Shown: positions 1-12,053 of the stretch, piece after piece
Layout: every line of letters starts with the position of its first letter
How positions within the stretch are numbered: position 1 is the stretch's first letter
Source of the DNA: Lepidodermella squamata
Taxonomy: Eukaryota > Animalia > Gastrotricha
Assembly (NCBI GenBank): GCA_047495785.1
Contig: JBLDXI010000029.1
Coordinates: forward strand, 3,720,001 to 3,784,000
Direction of reading: 5' to 3'
Length of the DNA stretch: 64,000 bases
Program-made: the position numbers and the translations under genes
Notes under the pieces: generated by a model
What the model saw: the letters and a program-made list of their open reading frames with translations, nothing else
Databases searched by the model: none
What the model was told of the DNA's origin: nothing

Positions 1-3000
1 CCTTCTCGACCTGTTGACGTTTGCGGTTGGCCTGCTCCAGAGCCTCGGTCAGCTCGTTGACCTTAAATAAAATTAAGAAATTTCATTGAAATTTTAAAAA
101 ATATAAAAAAATAAATATTAGAAAAAATTCAAAATTAAGGACGAATAACTTCCGAATTACCCCCACTTGCGTATTTCCCACTTGCGTATTTTCTCACTTG
201 CGTATCAAATTAATCTCACTTGCGTATTAGTTTTCTAAAAACTTGGTGAAACAGTGTTTTATTGAGAAATTTTTACGAGATTTTTAGCAGAAAAGTCAAC
301 AGTGAAAATTGTGACCATGTGGTACCATGCTTATGAACATGCGCTCATCAGGTGGTACACGGTTCGTTGTTTCATGTTGTTTGCAGCAGCTCACTTCATT
401 ACAATTTTACTTTGTAAATTGTAATTGTTATTTGCTCCTGAATGCTGCTGAAATGTATGATGCCCGGTTGCAAGTTCGCGTGCAACGATGCAAGAGGCTT
501 GGCCAACCACCTCAGAATAAAGCACAAGCTGAATAAGATCGAAATCGATGAAATCAAGTCACAGCAGGTACTCAGGGCAATTCCTCCAATCGACGAAGCC
601 TCTGGAAGCGATATTCTCGATTTCCTCCATGACGAGCGGAGTAGTGACGATGAACTTGAGTTTTCTCCGAAAAGTCAACTCATCCGCCAGCTGCAATCCA
701 GAATTCAACAGCTTGAGTCAGCTGGACCCGAATCGCGGTCTCCATCTCCGCAAAGTTCCAGAGTCGAATCTCGGCAGTCAACGGCGTCGTCAGAGTCGAA
801 ATTGAGCACCGTGAATTCGCTAATTTCATTGCCTGAAAACTTTCCTTCAACTGACCCTGGCTCGTACACAATTTTCAACGAAGGTTCAACGAAAGCGAAA
901 GAGCTGCTCTGCTTTCAAGGAGACCATTTCCATCTTCGAACTCAGAACAAGAAGTCCTATTATGAATGCAAATACCAGCGAAAGCACAAGTGCCCCATAA
1001 AGGTGTACATTGACGATGACGGCACTCTTGATATCCGCGGCCTTCATGATCCAACGAAGTATTCGCACGCCAAATGGCATGCCGAAAAGCCGACATGCAA
1101 GGATTTTCATGCGGTTCAGGATCTCAAGAGTGAGATCAAAAAATTTGATAAGCCGGTGCCCGAGGTTTATCGAGAAGCGGAACTGGATGCCGCTGTCAAT
1201 AAGAAGAAACTTCCAGGTTATTACAGTGTCAAATCTGCGTTGTACAGAGCTAAAGATAAGAATTTTCCCAAAATGCCGAAATCAGCAAAGGCGTTGGTAA
1301 AAATTCTTCGATCCCCGAATCCAGATGAAATGATTCAAAAGTACAAATCTACCAAGAAAGGGAAAAGATTCTACCTGTCTTCGGTGGGAGATGGGGACGA
1401 TCGCGCAATTATGCGTCATCTAGAGCGTTGCGGCGGTTGAGGAAAGCTAAGAGGCACTTCATGGATGGAACGTTTGATGTAAGTAATTTTCATTCTTAAC
1501 CTATTGCAACAAATGTTTTATTCTAGGCATCACCCGATCATTTTTATCAGCTCTTCAGCATAAACACGATGCATCATGACGTTTTCGTCAGCGGCATCTA
1601 CGTCTTCATGACTAGAAAGACGGAATCTCTCTACTCGAAGGTCTTTAAACGCCTCGATCATCACGTTCATTTCAAAAACAAGGTTGCCACGTCAGACTTC
1701 GAAACAGGGCTGCTGCCGGTTCTCAGGCGTTTCTACAACCGATTAACGCTATGTTTTTTCCACTACACTCAGTGTATTTACAGGTAGGAGTTTTTAATTT
1801 ATTAATTTTTTTAAATTTTTTATTGTATTACTTTTTCGAATAACCTTCCGACAGATGGGTTCAAGCGAACAATGGCGCAACCCTGTGGGCTCGGAAAGGG
1901 CAGTTTTACCGATACATTCGACGCTTCATGGTGCTGCCTCTATTGAAAACTGAACAGATCGAAACAATCCTCGATCAGCTGTACGCTGACGCTCCACCGT
2001 CGTGTCGCAGATTCGACAAGTACTGGAAGGAACAATGGGCTTCAACAATTTCAGAGTGGAATGTCCACAACCAGCGACACAGGACGAATAATGCGAACGA
2101 AGGTTGGCACCATCGGTAACCTTCAATTTCGGCTAACACGTTCTGGTTCTAAATTATTTATTTCAGGCTAAACCGATTGTGTCGCAAACGCCACCTGAAT
2201 TTTTGGCGGCTTGTTTTGATCCTACAAGAAGAAGAAGTTCTAGCAGCAGCCAGAGTAAGAAAGCTCAACAATGGACAGAAGGTCAACCGTTTTCTCCGCC
2301 GTTACGCTGAAATCGAAGAAAACCTGAAGGAAGCAACCCGCCACTTCGATGATGTTTGGTTCCCTGGCATGGCGCAAAACTTGGTGTACGTCCACATGGA
2401 TGAATTGTCGGCCTACATTGGACAAAACGGCAAGATACAGTCTGCCCACGGTCTCGGTCCTCTCACTCGTGCTCAGGCAGCCGATCTGTGGTGAACGTCG
2501 AAAGTTTCTAATCGTTTCCAATTCTGAATAATCAACCGTGTACCACCTGATGAGCGCATGTTCATAAGCATGGTACCACATGGTCACAATTTTCACTGTT
2601 GACTTTTCTGCTAAAAATCTCGTAAAAATTTCTCAATAAAACACTGTTTCACCAAGTTTTTAGAAAACTAATACGCAAGTGAGATTAATTTGATACGCAA
2701 GTGAGAAAATACGCAAGTGGGAAATACGCAAGTGGGGTACACCCTAACTTCCTAGAAAAATTTATAAATTATGAAAATAAAAAAAAAATCGGCGCAAATT
2801 TGAGAAATCATAATATCTCATACCGGAACCAAATTTTGTAACCTTGCGTTTCGGCGTGTTCTCAAAGTGACGAACGTGTCTTATAGTGAAGATCACGGAG
2901 AATTGTTAAGCAATTTTCAAACTAATTTGAAAATTGATAAAAATGTGAAAACCGCATTTTTTGAGCGAATTGATTTTTTTTTAATTTGGTCCTGCTAAGT

Positions 3001-6000
3001 AAGACCCAATTAAAATTTGGCGGAATCGAATTTTATTTTTCCTAATTTTCCCAAGACTGCTATAGGATTCAGTATCGCAAATTAAATTCTGAAAATAATT
3101 AATTCGAATATTTTTGGGAAAATCTTACGGCGGTACCAAAGTTCATTTAATTCAATACCTAACCCTTTTATTTGGTTCTTTAACTGGTTAGGGTTGGGGT
3201 TAGGTCAGGGTTAGGGTTAGGGTTAGAGGCTGGGACCTAAAGTTGGGGATTTGGCACTGATTGGAATAATTTGGTACAAAATTCGAAGATGTTTGGTACT
3301 GAATTCAATAATTTGGTAATGAATTCACTATGTGCTATTTTTTTCTCGAAAATCCGTCACGGGACGAGACGGAAATGGTTCAAAATACTCCAATGCTGAG
3401 GTCTTTATCTATTATCCAGAGCTTTAAGAAACTCAAGAAATCAGGTCGAAAATCGCACATATTTACTTTCAACTTTCGAAACAATTTCTTAGCTTATAAT
3501 GAAACTTATATTGCGGTTCTGTTTTGCGGTACCAAATTTGTAATTTAAAATCACTCGTAAATTTTCGAAACTTTCGTGAAAAAATGGCAAAGAAATCCTA
3601 ACAAAACTTAAGGCCTCGTTACACTCAGAGAACATGGGGTCAGTTTGATTCTAAAAATCGTTCGAAACTTTGTCAATAGTTTGCGTTCAGAATCAGAATA
3701 TCGTCAATTAGAACCAAATTTCAACCAAAATTCAACCAAACGAAAGTTTGGAAGGGTTGAATTTGTTGGAATTTGAAATTTAGAAATTGCTGGAAATTTT
3801 AAAATTTTATTCCGCCAAAAGATCCTCTGGGGATTCTCGGCTGATCCAAATCAAATCTTGATTTTCAATTCTTTCCGAAAAAACAACAAATAATTGAATT
3901 TTGTTTCATCATTTCAGAGAAAGGAATTTGAAGCTCTCAGATTGCTTTGAAAACTCTTAGTGAGTCCATTTTGCCAGAGAAAAGCGATGTTTTCGAATTT
4001 CAATATTTCCCAATCAGTGAGGATAGGTATTTATAATTGATTTTACTTACCTGATCCTGGTTCTTCTTGCGGAAAGCAGCCAGGGCAGCTTCGTTGGCCA
4101 TGCGCTGCTCCTCCATGTCAACACGCAGTTTGTTAAGCTCGCCCTCGCGGCGCTTGTTCAGCTCGATCTGAGCCGCCGTCGCACCGCCAGCCTCGTCCAA
4201 CCGAGCGGCAAGGTCCTCAAGCTCGCCCTGCAAATCGGCGCGCTGCTTCTCGACCTTGATGCGGTTGGCGCGCTCCTGGTCCAACTCCTGCTCGAGCTCT
4301 TCAATGCGCAGCAGAGCTTCCTTGTTGCGCTTGCTCAACTGAGCGTTGTGAACATTCGCCTCTTCGATCTTCGAGTTGAGGCCGGCAATGTCGCCCTCCT
4401 TTTTGCGGACAACACCCTCAAGTTCGCCCTTGAGGCGGTCGAGCTCGGTGACGGCGTCCTGAGTCGCCTTAAGGTCACCCTCCAGCTTCTTCTTGGCCTT
4501 CTCCAAATCGGCCTTGACCTTCTTCTCACGGTTGAGGTTCTCGTTAAGCTCATCAACGTGGGCTTCGAGGTTCTGCTTGACCTATTCATTAAATTTCAAT
4601 TAAATTAAAAATTTGAATTGTAATTTGAAAACGGAAATTTCAAAATCGAGTTTCTTCAAAATTTCAAAATTTCTGAAATTTTTTGAAATTTTGAAATTTG
4701 ATTTTTGAAATGTAGAAGACATTTGATTTTTGATTTTGAAATTTCCGTGAAGTTTTCAAATTTGAATTGAAATTTTAAATTTTAAATTGTTGAACTTTAA
4801 AATAATTTTGAATTTTGAAATTCCAAAAATTTGAAATTTTTGAAATTTTGAAATTTTAAAACAAATTTTTTACATGAAAATGCAATTTACCTTGGTAAGC
4901 TGGGCGTTCTTGTCCTGTTCGGACTGGAGGTCGCCCTGGGTCTTCTTAAGGTTCTCCTCCGTTGACTTCTTCTCCTTGGACAGCTTAGCAATAGCTTGGT
5001 CCTGAGCGGCAACGTCGTCCTGCAGTTTGCGGATCGACGCGTCCTTGGCCTTCTTCTCCTCCTCCTGCTTGGCGACGGTCGACTCGAGCTGTTGGATGCC
5101 GCCCTTCAGGTTTTCGATCTCACCCTCAAGCTTAACGCCGCGAGCCTCGGCCTGGTTGGCGCGGGCCTCCTCCGAAGAGGCGCGCGACTCCAGTTCGCGG
5201 TTCTGCTCCTCGAGCGCAACGCGCTGTTCAACGAGGTTGCCAACCTTCTCCTCCATCTCGCCGATCTGGTCTTGAGCGGCCTGAAGGTTGATGAACCTTG
5301 AAAAATTAAAAAAAAAAACATGGTAATCAATAATTTCCATTTAAACCGAAAATTCAATTAAATTGAAAATTGAAAATTTGAAAAATATAATTGAAAATTT
5401 GAAAATTTCGAAGTTTAAAAAAATGTTAACTAAAATTTCAAATTTTAAGAATTCAAAAATTCAAAATTCAAAAATCCATTTTTAAAATTTTAAAATTTCA
5501 AAATTTCAAAAATTCAAAATTTCAAAAATTCAAAATTTCAAATTTCATTTCAACCTTTTTAACCACTCAAAAGTGACTTACAGGTCGTTCTTCTGCTGCA
5601 TGAGGACAACGTTCTGTTCCTCGAGCTGCTTGGCGAGCACGTTGACGCGCTCGAGTTCTTGCTTCGTCTTCTCGAACTCTTCCTCCTTCTGCGCAATCTC
5701 GTCCTCGCTCTTGATCTCGGCGAGCAGGGGCTTGATGAGGGTGTACATCTTCCACCACGGCCACGAGCGGAAAGCCATGTACTTGCGAACGTTGCGCTGG
5801 ATCATGTCCAGGGCAGTGCGCTGGTCTTGCAGCTTCTTGTACTTGCGGCGCATCAGGTAGCCGCGGACGTAGGCCTGGAACGATGACATGATGCCGGACA
5901 GCTTCTCCTCGCGCCACTCCTCGAGCTTGGCGACGATACCGGCGCGGAAGAACACCTTGGTCAGACCCAACTTGTAGTCAGACTCGCCCATAGTCAGGGC

Positions 6001-9000
6001 ACCCAAGACCTTGATTGGAAAAATAACACAAAAATTATCAGAAATTCAAGGGAATTTCAAAAATTTCATCCTGATGGAACAACATTTTTAAAAGCAATTT
6101 TTTCTATTTTGTACCAATAATTCGGAAACAATAAATTCCTAAAAATGAGAAAAAATTCAAAAAAAAATTCAAATGTAAATTTAAATTAAAAAATAGTTGA
6201 TAAACTTTCTACATTAATTTCACAATTTATTGAAGCAAAATTTGTGAAAAATTTGAAAAAGATTTGAAATTTGTTCGAAAATTTTAAAAATTTCAAAAAA
6301 ATTCGAAAATAAAATTTAAAGCTTCGAGATTTTTGTGAGAATTTCAAATTTCAGATTTTCGAATTTTTCAATCTTAAATTCACAATGATAAAATGGCTAT
6401 AAAATTCAAATTATTACTGGAAATTTGAGATTTTTAAATTATTTAAGGCATTTTCTCTTTTATTCAAGATTAAATTTTGAGATTTTAGAAGAAAGGCAGA
6501 AGACAGAAGACGTTTTTGTCTCACCTTCTCAGCGACGACTTTAGCGTCGACGAAGCCGGCCGGGACGGCGTTCGGGGCCAAGATGGTGTAGCGCTGCTTG
6601 AAGTCGGGGTAGATCATGCGGTTAGGGAAGCCCTTGCGGCAAATACGGATGCCCTCGAGCACACCGTTGCACTTGAGCTGGTTCAGCACAAGGTGAGCGT
6701 CGATGTACCACGACTGCTTCATTTCGTTCGGGATCAGGCAACGCACGAAGTGAGGATGCGTCGAGTACAAGTTCTTCATGAGACGGTTCAGCGACTCGCG
6801 ATGGGCGGCCGAGATGGTCGACATGGCACCACCCTTCTTCTTCTTGCCACCACCACCAGACTCTAAAAAAAATTCAAAAAATTAATAATAAAATTCAAAA
6901 TTTCAATTTTGAAAATTTAAAAAATTCATTTTTTATTTATAATTTTCCTTGCTATTTTCCCCTCACTTTTTAATTAATCAAATTTTCATAGATTATTCAA
7001 CTTTTTTTCTATCCGCCGTTATTTTTTTCCGATTTTTGCTTTTTTTTGGAGAAAGTGGAACGTCCCTGTTTTTTTCTCTCATCTGTTTCCGCATCAAATT
7101 TCACCTGGTGAGAAAAACAAGATCCGCGCGCGTTTTTTTCGCGATAGGAGAAGAAAGCAATAATAATAACAGCTCCACTGTTCATCGGCTAGCGCGCCTA
7201 TATGCTAAATATAGAATAAACCGTTCCCACTTCGATAACGCAAAAATCGCCCATGGTAATATTATATACCTGTCAGGAAATGTAGCCGGTAGAAAAAATC
7301 CGAGGAAAAAACAATTACTTGGGTCGCTCAACAGCTGTTGTTGCCGATATTATTGCTAAAATGACAGGTGGTACTCACACACTTTTTAGGATAATTAATT
7401 TAGGTGCTAATAAAGCGCACTGGATCCTACACTTCGTGGGAAATAATAAATTTGAGAAAAAATCAGGAAAAAAATAAAAAATTGATTAAGAAATTCAGCA
7501 AATAATTTTATGACCATAAAAATTCAGAACAATTTAAAAAAATAAAATTCCCTAATTTTGGCGAAATTCCGATAAAAATTCGAATTTTGAAAACTAATTT
7601 CAATTTTTTAAAAATTTAAAAATTTCTTTTTTCAATTTCAATTTCAATTCGCATTTTAAGGCAACTTACCCTCAGGCTCGGCCGGGAAGAGGATCGGAAC
7701 CAGGGTGTCCTTGGAGCCAGACATGAGCTCGATGGTGCAGGCCTGGATAGGATCCTTGTTACGCTCGAGCCATCCGTTGCAGTTGTACGCAACAGTGCCG
7801 GCGTAGTGCTTCAGCTGGAAGTGCGGCTCCTTGTCCTTTTCCTTGCCCTTGCCTGGGGCCGGCTTCAAGAAGCACGGCGACTTGCCAAGATGGTTCTGGT
7901 ACAGCTTCTCAACGAAGGTCTTGTCGCTGCCCTTCGGCACGATGCACTCCTCCTCGAGGATGGCCATGATACCCATGGGCTTCTCGATGAGCTCGATGCA
8001 AGCGGCCAAGTCGAGGCCGAAATCGATGAAGACCCAATCGATGGCTTCCTTCTTGTACTCTTCCTGCTCGAGGACGAACATGTGGTGGTTGAAGAACTGC
8101 TGCAGACGCTCGTTGGTGTAGTTGATGGCGAGCTGTTCGAACGAGTTGAACTCGAAAATTTCGAAACCGGCGATATCCAGCACACCGATAAAGTACTGGC
8201 GACGGTTCTTCGTGTCCAGGGTCTGGTTGCAACGCTTGACCAGCCAGTCGAACAGACGCGAGTACAGCGACTTGGACAGGGTGGCAACGGCATAGCTGAC
8301 CTGTATGGAAAAAAACTCGAAAAATTAGGGAAAATACCGAAAAACCCGGTAAAAGGTAAAACCCGAAAAAACCGATTATACCCGGTAAGACCCGAAAACC
8401 CGATTGTACCCGGAAAAACCCGAAAAATAAAACCTTCAGTTGAGAACATTGCGATTTTATAAATGTCCATAAAATGAAAACTGTTTGGTAACCGGGTAAA
8501 ACCCGAAATACCCGGTAGTACCCGATTTCATAAATATTCCAGTTGAAAATTCCCCTTCGTGATATAGAAATACGAAATCGGTAATTGACTGACCTGGTCC
8601 TTGTTCTGGGACTTGTTGACCCACTCGGTGCCGACCTTGACCTTGGGCTTGGTGAGGCACTTCAGCAAATCGGTGGCGTTGATGCCGAGCAAGAAGGCGG
8701 CCTTCTCAGCTTCAGCGGTGCCATCAGCTTCGGCCTGTTCGTCCTTGGCCTGCTTGAACTTCATCTCACCCATCCACATGATGGCGGCGCACGCCTTGAA
8801 CATGGACAACTTCTCGTCTTCAGTGAAGCCAAGAATATCCAAGGCATCCTATAATAAAATTGAAAAAATATCAGCATTCATCATTCATCTAATAAATCGT
8901 TAGTAGACCCGGCTTTAAACTGGCTTGAAGGAACCGAAATAGCTTGAAAAACCGGACTAAATCCGAAAAATAAGGTAAAACCCGCTCGTACCCTATATCA

Positions 9001-10197
9001 GAAACATTTAACAGAATCTAACAAAGTTGGGAAATTACGAAGAACCCGGTAAAACCCGAAAATCCCAGGTAAACCCGAAAAACCCGGAAAAACCCGAAAA
9101 CCCAGGTAAAACCAGATATTCCCGATACAGCCCAGCTATGTTGCCTGGAACCTGGGACACTACTTTTAAGGACTTACCGAGGTGGCCTTCATTTCAGCGG
9201 TATCGTCCATACCGTCGACAGTCAGGACACCCTGGTTGGTGAAGCTGTAGGCACCAGTATCGGGGGTAAGCAGGAGCTTATCAGAGAACGACTTGGCGCC
9301 ATCAGAGCACAGTTGGTAGAAGATGTGGTAGTTACGCTCGAGACGGCCGCAAGCGGTGACACGCGACTTTTCAAGCAGGTAATGCTCAATATCGGCACCG
9401 GCGATCTTACCAGTCGGGCCGAAGTGGATGCGGATAAACTTACCGAAGCGCGACGAGTTGTTGTTACGCACGGTCTTAGCGTTACCGTAGGCTTCAAGCG
9501 GCGGGTTGCACTGCACGATTTGATCTTCAAGCGAGCCCTTCTGCTTGCCGGCGTCTTCAGCAGCAACGCCCTTAGCAGCATCGGCAGCAGCCTGGGCGGC
9601 GGCGACCTTGGCGAAGTACTGGATGACCTTCTTGGTGTTCTCGGTCTTACCAGCACCAGATTCACCGGTGATCAAAATCGACTGGTTCTCGCGGTCTTGC
9701 AACATGAACGAGAAAGCGCCGTCGGCAGTTGCGTACAAATGGGGCGGCATCTCAGTACGACGCTTGCCGCGGTACTTGGCAATAACCGATTCGGTGTAGA
9801 TCGGCAGGAACTTGTACGGGTTGATGACGACGCAGAAAAGGCCCGAATATGTGTAGATGTGCTGGTGGAAGTAGCGCTGGCGCAGATTGTGCAGGATAGC
9901 GGCTTCGTTGAGCTGCGTCAAGTCAGCCATATCCGTTGTCTGCTCGTACTTGGGCGGGTTAGGATCCTGCAGCAGGTCCTTGTGGAAGGTCTTCACCTCG
10001 CCCTTCTCCGTGCGCACCGTCACTTCATCGCCCTTGGTCGAGTCGATTTCGGACAGAACGAAACCGTCCTTTTCATCGGGCGCCCAGATAGCCTTCTTCG
10101 GGTCGATCTTCGACCGCGACAGCTCCTCCAACAGCTTCTTACGGTCGACGACCAAAAACTGGTATTCCGGTTCGGTCTCAGGGATCGAACGGTCCAT
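1..10197 (-). CDS. Mhc: Myosin II heavy chain (muscle type), 5' part; runs off the left edge. Exons 10197-9178, 8848-8594, 8300-7670, 6862-6525, 6009-5582, 5296-4891, 4581-4051, 61-<1
   Basis: Motifs: P-loop [46 protein letters not shown] motifs, WPWWK head-rod junction, then coiled coil. All GT..AG junctions are phase-consistent. Exons have strong GC3 codon bias. Confidence 0.97.
154..2744 (+). mobile_element. Full-length Mutator-like (MULE) DNA transposon inside a myosin intron
   Basis: 211-bp TIRs (154-364 and 2534-2744), identical apart from the outer few nt, each with four CACTTGCGTA subrepeats. G...C termini. 8-bp target-site duplication TAACTTCC at 146-153 and 2745-2752. Confidence 0.95.
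442..2494 (+). pseudogene. MULE transposase (C2H2 finger + FLYWCH-like + DDE domain) with one frameshift near 1412. Exons 442-1478, 1527-1783, 1855-2115, 2167-2494
   Basis: Motifs: CMMPGC...HLRIKH, YYEC...KCP...[43 protein letters not shown]. The segment [21 protein letters not shown] is one frame away from the 442-1440 ORF. Confidence 0.88.
3158..3229 (+). repeat. Short degenerate interstitial TTAGGG repeat
   Basis: GGTTAGGGTTGGGGTTAGGTCAGGGTTAGGGTTAGGGTTAG at 3186-3226, with an inverted CCTAACCC at ~3158. Confidence 0.6.
7080..7370. promoter_or_regulatory. Candidate intronic muscle enhancer
   Basis: Perfect MEF2 site CTAAATATAG (7205-7214), E-boxes CATCTG (7080) and AACAGCTGTT (7330), and TGACAG motifs, all in a higher-complexity island within an AT-rich intron. 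Confidence 0.4.
8305..9130. repeat. Intronic AAAACCCG(A/G) motif arrays in two myosin introns (8305-8530, 8900-9130); probably transposon subterminal relics
   Basis: Many direct copies and some inverted copies of AAAACCCG. Confidence 0.55.
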
Positions 10198-10494
10198 TTC
10201 CTTCTAGGTTATAAGAACTATAATCAAATTAGAAAAATCCTCCTTAATGATGCGCACACACTTAATATTAGTGCGCACTTAATTACGCGCGCACTTTTTG
10301 CGCGCACAATTGTCAACAGGTCAATTATAGCAATAAGGTCATTGCTAATAATAGAGAGATCGAAATCCTAAAAACCGATTTGACTCGAAGTATTAGGTAA
10401 TGTTAGCTCATTGTTTCCATATAAGTATGTTTAAGGTGGGCTAACAAATGCGTTGATTTTTTGAGGGAAAAAGCGAGATGAAACGCTAGCCGAG

Positions 10495-10503
10495 CTTTAT
10501 ATA
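10495..10503 (-). promoter_or_regulatory. Candidate TATA box of Mhc
   Basis: TATATAAAG on the - strand ~300 nt upstream of the ATG. An acceptor-like CTAG lies just before the ATG, consistent with a 5' UTR intron. Confidence 0.45.
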
Positions 10504-12053
10504 CTCAAGTACCGGTGTTTTAGGCAGAAAAGGCCGAGAAAAATGGCCGCGTTGAAGGGTACGCGCGCTTTTCGCATATATATCAGTCACGCTGTGCGCG
10601 TTGCTTGATAGGCACGCGCAACTGTTACGTTCGCGCACGCGCGCGAATTGATGTTCTGATGTTCTTGTGCGTGTTTTTGTGTTCATGCGCGCGCAAGAGG
10701 GCCAATTTATTACGATCGCGCGGCTATTTTGTAGGTGCGCATCATGTTATATGTTGTTCTCGCTCGTTTGATTTTTTGTTATATGATCCATCCTCTCTAG
10801 AACGCGCTGAAAACACTATGCTATAGCCGTCGATATATAACAAAAAAAACAAGAATAATAACCGCGAATTATATTGGCAACAATCAACCGACCGGCGGCT
10901 CTCTCAAATCACAGCAGGTCCATTTTTTTCGTTATATTGTGCTGCTGCTGCAACTCGAATCTCTTGTCAGGTCTTTCTCAGCTAGCTGAATGCTGAAACT
11001 ATGATCTTGGCCTGTTTGTAATCTTATGATATACCTAACCGCTAGATTGATGGCCATAGATCATATTCGGCTGCAAGCGTTCGAGGATTGGTACCGGGTA
11101 TTTCAACCGCGGATGCCTGGCAGGTTCTTTCTAGATTAACACGATACCTTACGTGAGCTGAATCTCTCTCACGAAACTGGCCTGATGAAACTGCAATAAG
11201 AAAAACGAAGTTTCTGGTTTTAGGACTTTTATCAGGGTCGCACTGCAAAAATGAAAAATGATTTCGATTATTCACTTGCTTGAGGATTTTTAAATCCCGT
11301 CATTAATCAGTAAACCAAGTCAGCTTGGTTAAAGGATAAGCAAAATGTTTATTGGTTTTCTTTAGTTGCCCTTTGATATGCTACGTTTAGGAAAAGAAAG
11401 AGCAGAGCAAGCACAAATTACTGGACGGAATTACATTGTTTCACAGAAGTGACCTAAACACGAAAAGAGATAAAACCAGAAATGGAAAGCGATACCACAA
11501 CATTAGAATGACATTAGGATGGCAATTAGCTATGAAACTCTATCATAAGAATGCAAAATCCGGGAAATTTTGGTACTACCTATAATACCGATAATTACCG
11601 AATTCCAAATATACCAAAATTCCATTAAGGATTTCTTGGGATTCTCCGATACATTTTGGTAGAATCGGGCGTAATGAAGCCTTCGTCGGGTCAAGATTTC
11701 AAACAATTTAACGAAAACGGTTTACCTAACTATGGGACATGCTGTGATGCCAACCCTAGCCCTAGAAGTATTGCATGTAGCAACAATCGCAAGACTAAAG
11801 ATGCGAACACGGGTACTTGTTGATATAATATGCAAGCTGATCAGTACTCATTCTACGATATCGTTAGCGACGTTGAATAATTCGGATTTGAGTTTGCTTA
11901 CATCCTTTTCAAAGTGAGAGGAGACAAGTAAAAAGTCTCTTGTTTTGCCGCTTCATTCGCGTTAACGAAAGCTGCTTTTACTTGTCACCCGTCACCTTGA
12001 AACGGATGTAAACAAGCCTAAATCCGAGTTATTCAACGACGCTAACGATATTA

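Noticed and set aside
161-230. Four CACTTGCGTA repeats resembling a CRISPR or iteron array
   Set aside because: The repeats are 10 bp with tiny spacers, are mirrored in the other TIR, and sit in a eukaryotic context. They are transposase-binding subrepeats.
2240-2596. ORFs 2240-2596 (-) and 327-536 (+)
   Set aside because: They start within the MULE TIRs and overlap the transposase; they are shadow ORFs.
3158-3229. TTAGGG run as a chromosome end or fusion site
   Set aside because: Only ~6 degenerate units inside an intron of an intact gene; more likely part of a repeat relic.
6949-7359. 136-aa ORF in a myosin intron, or a mutually exclusive Mhc exon
   Set aside because: Low-complexity translation with no myosin similarity on either strand; the flanking exons already join in frame.
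4348-10371. Long + strand ORFs over the myosin exons (e.g. 9313-10371, 7806-8462)
   Set aside because: Antisense shadows produced by strong GC3 codon bias in Mhc; no independent motifs.
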